Virus record (IMG/VR): IMGVR_UViG_2974555854_000001
Coordinates: 16,799-80,798 of that record
From: a virus
Taxonomy: Duplodnaviria; Caudoviricetes
Strand: one strand, 5' to 3'
Length of the DNA: 64,000 nt
The notes below the pieces were generated by a model that was given only the letters and a program-made list of their open reading frames with translations, did no database searches and was not told the origin of the DNA. Both the position numbers and the translations under genes were made by a program. Positions 56,530 to 64,000 of this stretch are shown here, piece by piece (the stretch's first letter is position 1; the number at the start of each line of letters is the position of its first letter).

Positions 56530-57132
56530 ATGAAGAAAATTGTTACAGCATCAGCACTAGCAGCAGCTTTATTAATTCCAACTACGAGTATGGCGGCTAC
56601 TAGTTATACAGTTCAACCGAATGATACAATGTGGAAGATCGCGGCGAAGAATAAAGTAGGGGTACAAGAATTAATCAACGCTAACTCTTCGCTGAAGAAT
56701 CCAAATTTAATCTATGTGGGCCAAAAATTAACGATCCCCACACAAGATAATTCATATGAACAACAAGTGATCCAGCTTGTTAATAAAGAAAGAGCTAAAG
56801 CCGGTCTTAAACCATTAAAGGAAAATTGGGAATTGTCACGAGTAGCTGAATTCAAATCAGCAGATATGCGCGACAAGAAATATTTCGATCACAATAGTCC
56901 TACTTACGGATCACCTTTTACAATGATTAAGAATTTCGGTATCTCATATAAAACAGCAGGGGAAAATATTGCCGCTGGTCAGAAAACACCTGAAGAAGTG
57001 ATGAAGTCGTGGATGAATTCACCAGGACACCGCGCTAATATCCTTAATGCCGGTTATACTCAAATTGGTGTAGGTTATGTTGCCGGTGGTAGTTATTCAA
57101 CTTATTGGACACAACAATTTATTTCACAATAA
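56530..57132 (+). CDS. Secreted LysM-CAP(SCP) protein, SafA-N/YkwD-like
   Basis: Signal peptide, LysM YTVQPNDTMWKIA...NPNLIYVGQKLTIP, CAP motifs YFDHNSPTYGSPF, GENIA and WMNSPGHRANIL. Confidence 0.92.
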   Translation: MKKIVTASALAAALLIPTTSMAATSYTVQPNDTMWKIAAKNKVGVQELINANSSLKNPNLIYVGQKLTIPTQDNSYEQQVIQLVNKERAKAGLKPLKENWELSRVAEFKSADMRDKKYFDHNSPTYGSPFTMIKNFGISYKTAGENIAAGQKTPEEVMKSWMNSPGHRANILNAGYTQIGVGYVAGGSYSTYWTQQFISQ

Positions 57133-57135
57133 GCC

Positions 57136-57233
57136 TTGACTTTTCATCGGATGGGCCATATACTATTAACTACGGATAATTATTTCGTTACTTGTCTCTC
57201 GACTACAAGCCTGGAAAACTTGTGGTCTTTTTT
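57136..57233 (+). ncRNA. Putative small RNA (~60 nt) bounded by its own sigma-A promoter and terminator
   Basis: TTGACT-17-TATACT (57136-57164), then about 60 nt with no ATG and no RBS-led ORF, ending in the GACTACAAG/CTTGTGGTC stem plus T6. Confidence 0.55.
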
Positions 57234-57282
57234 ATGTATATAGGGGTATATTCCGTTTTGGCTGATCCAACAAAAACCAACA

Positions 57283-57412
57283 TCGATTTATTTCACACTC
57301 TCAACATTTGAGGTTGCAGCAGATGGGGGCCGTTTCCGATCAGTGACTTCACTTAAAAATCAAAGTCGATTTAATTCACAGTGTCAGTTTTCGAACCCTG
57401 GAAGTGGGGGCC
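57283..57412. repeat. Imperfect tandem duplication (period about 82 bp)
   Basis: TCGATTTAwTTCACAsTsTCA at 57283 and 57366, each followed by TGGGGGCC. Confidence 0.6.
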
Positions 57413-57785
57413 ATAACATTTTACAGCTTTTTTCAAAAATCCAGGATCGAAATAAATCAAAGTCTCAAAAATTCACTTTTCAAAACTTTTTATCAAAAAC
57501 AGGTTTCACTTCCTGAAAAAGTGTCAATGATATAAGTGTAACAACAATTAACTCACTCTCTCAATGATTCTGTTAGGCTCGAAGTAGAAATGTGACTGAA
57601 ATTTAATCCCCCTTAAATTGATGGTACGCTTTTTACAGGTGATATGCTAAAGAAAACACCTTTATTGATATGATTTATAATCAGATGTTTTTTTACTCCT
57701 CCCAGTTTTTTTCATCTGATAATATAATTCATGTTAGTATAGGTGTTTTCTTTTTTTATAAACAAAAACAAGGAGTGGATCAGGA

Positions 57786-58235
57786 ATGGAGTTTAACAAT
57801 GTGGCGATGGAGATTATGTGTAAACGATGCAAAACAACAACTGATGCAACAAATTTTCCTTCACATAAAATTGCTGTTAAGTGTGATTGTGGTGGATGGT
57901 TGATAACTCCAACAGGTGCTTTTGATGGACGTTTGGTTTATAAGAAGAAAGCAATTGCTGTTGCTAGTAACAGTTTTGTTTCAATTATAATTGCTGATTC
58001 TGTTGAAGATGCTACAAATTATTTCGAAAACCTTCACGATGAAGGAGTTTTGCAAACGAATGTAATCAAACCAACAACTTACCAGGACATAACTTTCAAT
58101 GAACTTTACGAATATCCTGATGGAAGAAAAGAAAACGTGGTTGTTGATCTTTGTGACATCATCTTTAGTTGTCAACAAAACGTTTTAGAAGCTGTATGCA
58201 TGACGATGGAAGAGTATCAGCAGAAGTTCTTCTGA
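57786..58235 (+). CDS. Zinc-ribbon-containing hypothetical protein
   Basis: CKRC...CDC; RBS GGAG. Confidence 0.6.
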   Translation: MEFNNVAMEIMCKRCKTTTDATNFPSHKIAVKCDCGGWLITPTGAFDGRLVYKKKAIAVASNSFVSIIIADSVEDATNYFENLHDEGVLQTNVIKPTTYQDITFNELYEYPDGRKENVVVDLCDIIFSCQQNVLEAVCMTMEEYQQKFF

Positions 58236-58313
58236 ACAAAAAGCTGATGTGCTCATTATTCCTATCAGGTCAGTTTAACTTTTTCTGATCCAGCAGCAGC
58301 TACCACCCTTACA

Positions 58314-58426
58314 GCTCAAAGGCTACCTTCCGTTATGTAGCTCGAAGGCCACTTTCCGTTATAGCGCCCACGTCACCAGGGCCACACCGCGCCGCGCCTA
58401 TTAGGTCAAAGGCCATGTTCCGTTAT
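58314..58426 (+). repeat. Three 23-bp direct repeats in a GC-rich non-coding island
   Basis: GCTCAAAGGCTACCTTCCGTTAT (58314), GCTCGAAGGCCACTTTCCGTTAT (58340), GGTCAAAGGCCATGTTCCGTTAT (58404). Confidence 0.75.
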
Positions 58427-58713
58427 AGGGCCGTTTTGCTCGTGCGCGTAACCTATTATGGGCTACCACCTGGAAACGTTTTATAGTGTGGGCCGCTACT
58501 GCTTATATATGTGTGTGGTGTGCTCACTCCATCCATTCACACATACAAGATAAGATTAACCATCACATAACTTTTAGGCTTTTCAGTTTCCTTTGTATCG
58601 CGTTTTTATTTAGTTTGAATATAAAACTATTCCAAACAATAAAAACCTCTTACAAATCAATCTGAACAGTTTAAAAGCTAATATCCTTTTTATATGCCAT
58701 TAATCCATAAAAC

Positions 58714-58896
58714 AAAAAGAGCACCAACATATATCACAGGCTTTTTAAAATCGTTTCTAACGTGTGTTAGATCGGTTTCAATACCTATGGTATACATCGG
58801 TGCTCTAAACGGTTACAAAGGCATTTAAACGCCTTGTAAGAGACAAATAAAAAAGCACCAACACACAAACCATTTTATAGGCTTATATGTTGGTGC
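58714..58896 (-). terminator. Two tandem long-stem terminators ending the leftward early operon
   Basis: Stems GCACCAACATATA/TGTGTGTTGGTGC-T6 (58849-58896) and GAGCACCGATGTATA/TATATGTTGGTGCTC-T5 (58714-58805). Confidence 0.7.
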
Positions 58897-59025
58897 TCGT
58901 TTATTTATTGGCACTCTTCGAATTCACTCACGTTTTTACATTTGTTACACTTTACTTGAATTTTACCTTTAAACATTCCCAATAGTAAAAGACGTTTACA
59001 TACCTTACATCTGAATTGCTTCATG

Positions 59026-59649
59026 TTATTGACCGCCTTTCAAAGCTGATGCCATAACATAAGAGCCTTTACCGTTTTCAACTAACTTCTCAACCTTCAA
59101 CAGATTGTTTTCTGCTGCATCATAAACCGCGTTGACGTAATCATTTACTTTTAACTTATCATCATACATTACAAAATCTTTGTTAAAAAATAAAACTTGA
59201 TCGTTTACACAATTGTTATAGCATTCTGCAAAATAACCGTCTTTCTTAACTTCTGTTATTTTGAAAGAAGAGAAAGTGTATTCATCATTGTATGGAACAT
59301 CGCTTGTATTCGCTGTTTTTGGCTGTTTACCGGCCTTTACTTCAGTTACACCGATAAATATATCCTCACCTTTTAGGGCGCGGTATTCAGCTTTAACAGT
59401 ATCACCAATATGAATATCTTCTTCGTTCAGAACGTCAGAAGCTTCAAACGCTAGAAAATCCTTATCAGTACCCTTTGTAATGTTTTTAGCAACATAAAGG
59501 CCGTTATCGTTTTCCTGAACTTTGAAGCTCTCATAAACTAATGGGCTTTTTACCTCTTCTTCTTTCGTGAAATGGTTAAAACCTAGAGAAGCAGCAACAC
59601 CAACAAGAAAACCTACCGGTAATAAAAATTTACGTTTGATTTGTTTCAT
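59026..59649 (-). CDS. Membrane-anchored protein with two tandem OB-like extracytoplasmic repeats
   Basis: N-terminal basic residues plus TM helix; ESFKV...IGDTVKAEY repeated as SSFKI...VNDYVNAVY. Confidence 0.6.
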   Translation of the reverse strand: MKQIKRKFLLPVGFLVGVAASLGFNHFTKEEEVKSPLVYESFKVQENDNGLYVAKNITKGTDKDFLAFEASDVLNEEDIHIGDTVKAEYRALKGEDIFIGVTEVKAGKQPKTANTSDVPYNDEYTFSSFKITEVKKDGYFAECYNNCVNDQVLFFNKDFVMYDDKLKVNDYVNAVYDAAENNLLKVEKLVENGKGSYVMASALKGGQ

Positions 59650-59738
59650 AATAAAATCACTCCTAATTAGTTTTAAAACGCCTAATTTAAGCGCTTTATA
59701 ACGCCTATAGACTTTATATCTATAAGCGCTAAAAACGT

Positions 59739-60185
59739 TTAAATATCAGTTCTTATACAATCATGTAAAGCGATGATAGTATCCATATCGTTAATGGCAA
59801 AATATACACCTTCTTCACAAGCTTCGCTCCAATTGTCATGAGTTTCACATAACCAAAACGTTTTCTCTCCATCTTGTTCAGTAAATCCAAAAACATAATC
59901 ATAATGATGGTTGAGTATTTCAACAACTTGAAAACCTGTGTACTGTGCGGATTCTATAGCAGTTACTTTTGTTTCTCCATTCATAAAACGTTTGATAGCT
60001 AAAAATAATTCATCGTGGTTAATATCGACACTTACATCTTGAAAAAGGTTTAACGTAACATCCTTTTCTAGGAAAAAGTTTTCAATATTTGAATCTAAAT
60101 CTAATTCATTGAATAATTGAATAGTCTTTTCAAGTTGCATAATCGCGTTGAATTCTTTTTCAGATAATTTTGATGTGTTCCACAT
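59739..60185 (-). CDS. Early hypothetical protein (acidic)
   Basis: 148 aa, RBS GGAGTGATTTT. Confidence 0.7.
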   Translation of the reverse strand: MWNTSKLSEKEFNAIMQLEKTIQLFNELDLDSNIENFFLEKDVTLNLFQDVSVDINHDELFLAIKRFMNGETKVTAIESAQYTGFQVVEILNHHYDYVFGFTEQDGEKTFWLCETHDNWSEACEEGVYFAINDMDTIIALHDCIRTDI

Positions 60186-60271
60186 AATAAAATCACTCCA
60201 TTTAATAAATTTTAGATAAATTAAATTATCTATAAGAGCTATGAAACAAAGTTCATAACTCCTAACATAAA

Positions 60272-60595
60272 TTAATTTAATCCCATGTTCGCGCCAATCG
60301 CTTCTATTTCCTTGATACCTGTAAACGTTTTGCGGAAATACTTAGCATCTTCTAATGTTTTGTATTCACACATTTCGCTTAACGTTTCAACTTGGTTTGT
60401 GTTGTGGTTGAACCATCTTAGTGTATAACGCTTTTCATCATCTTCGTTCATGCGTTCAGATGTTACAAAGATATTCATTTTGTTTGGCTGCAATTCGATA
60501 ACAGTATTAAAGAATTCCATAGCTCCCTTATCGAACCAATGACCGTTAACACTTTCGTTTAATGCTTTCATTTCGTTAATAGATAGTTTTTTCAC
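60272..60595 (-). CDS. Early hypothetical protein (HWFD...FF...FVTSE...RYT family)
   Basis: 107 aa with the same RBS motif. Confidence 0.7.
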   Translation of the reverse strand: MKKLSINEMKALNESVNGHWFDKGAMEFFNTVIELQPNKMNIFVTSERMNEDDEKRYTLRWFNHNTNQVETLSEMCEYKTLEDAKYFRKTFTGIKEIEAIGANMGLN

Positions 60596-60722
60596 AATAA
60601 ATCACTCCATTTTTTTATTTTCCAAACCTGGTAATGAATACCTAATTTGAAATTTTTTCAAAGGTTATTAAAACCTTTACAGAAGCTACAAACCGTAATT
60701 TGTAACCTCTAAAAAGTTTTAA

Positions 60723-61040
60723 TTAAGAAATGTAGAAATATCTGTAGTCTTCATTTTCGTCTTCAAAGACTAGAACAACCGCTTCAGTGTTTGCAAGGCA
60801 GATGTGAGATAACTGCATTTCGTTATACTTGATGTCTTCCATAACGTTAAGCATTGGATATTGTGAACTAGAACTATAAGCAGTTTCAAGACCAATGTTA
60901 TAAATGCCTTTGTCTTCAAACCATTCTTTGATGTAATGTTCAATTCCGAAAATTTCAAGGTTGCTCATTGATCTGAATTCACCTTTTAAACAAGAAATTG
61001 CATATTCATCAGTTACTTCTAAAAATCTTTTGTAATCCAT
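60723..61040 (-). CDS. Early hypothetical protein (acidic)
   Basis: 105 aa, RBS GGGAGTG. Confidence 0.7.
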   Translation of the reverse strand: MDYKRFLEVTDEYAISCLKGEFRSMSNLEIFGIEHYIKEWFEDKGIYNIGLETAYSSSSQYPMLNVMEDIKYNEMQLSHICLANTEAVVLVFEDENEDYRYFYIS

Positions 61041-61191
61041 TTAACAACACTCCCAATTTTTAATTTTTTAGGTTTTGGCCTAATTCAAAACATCAATTGT
61101 TTGATATCTTGAGTTAAGCCAAAAAGACTTAACCGGAGTGAGTGATTTTGTTATTCAGTTTTCAAGGATCGTGTTTCTTACTTATAACCTT

Positions 61192-61219
61192 ATTATATCA
61201 GTTATTTCTTATAAGTCAA
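61192..61219 (-). promoter_or_regulatory. Sigma-A promoter TTGACT-16-TATAAT overlapping CTTATAAGAAATA
   Basis: Read directly from the sequence. Confidence 0.7.
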
Positions 61220-61425
61220 TAACTTTTTTAAAAACTTTTTAATCAGTTTCGATTAAGTTGTTTTCGTTTGTTATTAGCTTATATATGTATATTACATCAC
61301 TATTTCCTATAAGTAAAGCATTTCAAGCAATATTTTTAAAGATAGTGCTTTAGTCCCTGGAATTGTCATAATTTGTCAGTTTCCAGGACACGAAACAAAC
61401 AAAAAAAGCCGCTATTATAAGCGAC

Positions 61426-61836
61426 TCATTTATAAAATATTGATTTGTTTGTTAAGATGACTTTTTCAGCAGTTTCTAATTTTTGCGTGTGATCGTTTTT
61501 ATTTACAAAATACTTTGTTGTATATGGATTTACATATCCTTCGTTAAAATCATTTGTATTCGTTTCAACAGTTAAAGAAGCATCTTTTAAAATACCTCTT
61601 ACGACAGCATAAACAGCTTTTTGTTTTTTGGTCATAATACTTTTATGAGCTGATTCACTAATTTTAAAAGCAGCGTTTTCAATTACAACCGTTTCGGCAT
61701 ATCCAATAACTTTACCTTTATTCGGATTGGATTTATCAAGCGACTTAATAGAAAAGCCGCCTTTATGCAAATTGTAATAAGCTTCAATTCGTTCACCTAC
61801 GTTAATATTCATGTTTTCGCGTAAAGTGATATTCAT
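61426..61836 (-). CDS. Early hypothetical protein (Y.NLHK...VYA.VRG...NPY phage family)
   Basis: 136 aa. Confidence 0.65.
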   Translation of the reverse strand: MNITLRENMNINVGERIEAYYNLHKGGFSIKSLDKSNPNKGKVIGYAETVVIENAAFKISESAHKSIMTKKQKAVYAVVRGILKDASLTVETNTNDFNEGYVNPYTTKYFVNKNDHTQKLETAEKVILTNKSIFYK

Positions 61837-62349
61837 TCATTTAACCTCCTTTTGCTGTTCAATAAATCTTTCAAGGAAATAGATATTAACATCGATCTTA
61901 AAAGCTTCTATATCCTTGTTATAGAATTTTAGAACGCCTTCAAAGGTTTCAGTATTGTCGAGAAGATACAAACCGTTAAAACCGTCTATGGTTACGCTTA
62001 TACCTGTATCAATTGAACAGATATCATTTAATGCACCATAAACACAATCATTTAACAAATCTTTATAATTGTAACCCTTTTTAACAAATTGAGGTATTTC
62101 CGTTTCTTCCACTTCTCTTTTTGCTTCTTTAGTTGCAAAGAAAGTTAAAGCGATTCTTTTTAATTCTTCGCGGATATATTTCGGAATTTTAACACGTTTG
62201 ATTTCAAAAGTGTCAACATCTTCTAATTTTTCAATAACTGCGTATTCTTCGCTAGGCCATTGCCATTCTAAACGTTTATTTGATACGAAAAGTTCTCCAC
62301 CTGAAATTTCAATAATCCATACTTTATTTTCAAATAAAACTTTTTCCAT
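61837..62349 (-). CDS. Early hypothetical protein
   Basis: 170 aa, RBS GGGAG, promoter upstream. Confidence 0.7.
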   Translation of the reverse strand: MEKVLFENKVWIIEISGGELFVSNKRLEWQWPSEEYAVIEKLEDVDTFEIKRVKIPKYIREELKRIALTFFATKEAKREVEETEIPQFVKKGYNYKDLLNDCVYGALNDICSIDTGISVTIDGFNGLYLLDNTETFEGVLKFYNKDIEAFKIDVNIYFLERFIEQQKEVK

Positions 62350-62384
62350 TTTACAAAACTCCCTTTTATTTAAGATTTAACCCT

Positions 62385-62413
62385 ATTATAAACCCTTATT
62401 TCCTATAAGTCAA
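62385..62413 (-). promoter_or_regulatory. Sigma-A promoter TTGACT-17-TATAAT overlapping CTTATAGGAAATA
   Basis: Read directly from the sequence. Confidence 0.75.
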
Positions 62414-62560
62414 TAGATAAGGCTATATATAGAAGACCTTTTTACTCTTATTCGGAAAAGGCCAAATAAAAAGAGAATATCAAAAGATATCCCCTTTATT
62501 CCTTAACTATGTCTATATAGGCTAGATATATAAGGCTTGCTATAATAACCGCCCATATAA

Positions 62561-62788
62561 TCATGATACTTCATAACCCTTTTTATTAGCTTCTCTTATT
62601 CGCTTATTGTATTCATACGTACTCATGTATTCAGTAGTGTACTTAGTAGCCTTATTACTAATACGGTGTATCATATTAAGATCATTAGTAATAGTATGTA
62701 GTTTCTTTCTATTACGTATTGTAATGTATATAGCTTGTATACCCTTCATTGTATTACGGTTAATCATATTAATGTATTCATACTTCAT
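62561..62788 (-). CDS. Small basic early protein
   Basis: 75 aa, RBS GGGG, promoter upstream. Confidence 0.55.
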   Translation of the reverse strand: MKYEYINMINRNTMKGIQAIYITIRNRKKLHTITNDLNMIHRISNKATKYTTEYMSTYEYNKRIREANKKGYEVS

Positions 62789-62830
62789 TATTGCATATCC
62801 CCTTTATATATAGTATGTGTATCTATATGT

Positions 62831-62859
62831 ATTATAACTATTACCTATAAGTACGTCAA
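62831..62859 (-). promoter_or_regulatory. Sigma-A promoter TTGACG-17-TATAAT containing CTTATAGGTAATA
   Basis: Read directly from the sequence. Confidence 0.72.
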
Positions 62860-63220
62860 TACCCTATATGTATATACCATAGTGTATATGTATACATAAT
62901 AGTAATAGTATATATAACATATAGTAATACATATGTATCATGTATATATAACAATATATATATAACATGCATTGATACATTGATACATATGTGTATGTGT
63001 GTGTGCTCTATGCATGTGTGCATGTGTGTTGCATGTGTTCATTGATTGTTCATTCATCTAATGTAACATGCATGTGTATATGTAACGTGTATATGTAACA
63101 TCAATATCACTATATAGTAACATCAATATCAGTATATATAAATGATATATGATAACGTATATATAAGCAGCTCCAACATGCATAGGTGATATATAAAGCT
63201 ATTGTTCGTTATATGTGTGT
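62860..63220. repeat. Low-complexity alternating purine/pyrimidine (TA/TG/CA) tract with short direct repeats
   Basis: ATATGTGTATGTGTGTGTG, ATGCATGTGTGCATGTG, (CATTGATA)x2 and (GTAACATCAATATCA)x2. Confidence 0.7.
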
Positions 63221-64000
63221 GAAATTGTTTTAGTCATTTTGTTTCCAGGAACATAAACACATACATTTGTCAATACTTTTTAGTTAATTTATATGATTGG
63301 ATTTACTTATCAAAGGCCATTAGTATAATTTATTACCAGGAACACAAACGATGTGATATGTCAAGGAAAATATATATAAAATCAAATATAATATGGAGCT
63401 AATATTTGTTATATGTCATCAAAAATATATTGTTCAATTGATAAAGGATTCTACATACAATTAGCACATGGAGCACATCAGCACAACAAGGTAAACTACG
63501 TATAAGAGTCTTCAGGTCGCGCGATCTGTTACCCTAACCGCTACTATAGCCTAAAAAAATGCTTAAAAAAATATGCGTAAATGTTGGGCCATATACGGTC
63601 TTATATATGGGCTTCTTATAAGATAACTTATAGGAAATTACTGCAACGGCGGGTACTTTACATTGTTTTTCGTAAAATTTGATAAAAACGTTCCGTACTC
63701 CCCGCTAATTACTATCGGCCAATTTTCCCCTTCGAGTAACTAATTTTTCTCGAATAAATCCCCGAATATTTACGAGTAGTAGCTAAATATGACCAGGAAT
63801 AGCAGAAGGGGGGTACTTTTACAAATAAGAAATAATCGACTTTTTCTTGATTTATCGGGCTTTTTTTATATTTTTTTGTGACATATAGCGAATAATAGCT
63901 TCTTATAAATGTTCGGTAAAATAGGTTAAGTAATAGAACGAGTAAAATGTGTGTATGATAATAGAAATAACTTACCAGGAAAGGATGATCCGGAATGATG

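Noticed and set aside
58314-58426. Possible mini CRISPR array
   Set aside because: Gaps between repeats are 3 and 41 bp, the repeats are degenerate, and there is no cas operon; kept only as iteron-like repeats.
57240-59000. tRNA genes in the non-coding region
   Set aside because: No cloverleaf with T-loop GTTCRA and D-loop motifs could be found by eye.

Overview
The window is part of an AT-rich Bacillus-type siphophage genome, with no host housekeeping DNA recognisable. Gene content recalls the ~80 kb Bacillus/Priestia siphophages, but that is recall and was not checked against a database. 1-27.3 kb (+) is the morphogenesis and lysis arm: capsid, tail tube, an inserted 6.5 kb receptor-binding/depolymerase block, a second tail-tube-like protein, a tail chaperone with a -1 frameshift, a tape measure protein with SLT and LysM domains, a 1956-aa tail tip protein, two holins and an M15 endolysin. 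27.5-46.3 kb (-) holds replication, recombination and nucleotide genes: RuvC, ThyA, a sigma factor, a Cas4-like nuclease, primase, helicase, Gmk, PhoH, an exonuclease, a Sak4-like ATPase, an SSB-like protein and class I RNR. 46.4-57.3 kb is an accessory region rich in sporulation-linked signals. It carries a VirB2-like/VirD4-like membrane-ATPase cassette with several unannotated micro-membrane peptides, one behind a consensus sigma-G promoter. It also has a Xer-type recombinase, a PAPS-reductase-family PP-loop enzyme, a SigF homologue fused to a ~370-aa extension, a Bro/antirepressor, a secreted LysM-CAP protein and a promoter-terminator-bounded small RNA. 57.3-64 kb contains repeat-rich non-coding DNA and a leftward cluster of small early genes with strong sigma-A promoters sharing a CTTATARGAAAT motif. 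The best candidate for an undescribed system is the possibly sporulation-coupled membrane/DNA-translocase cassette at 46.5-50.5 kb together with the SigF fusion.
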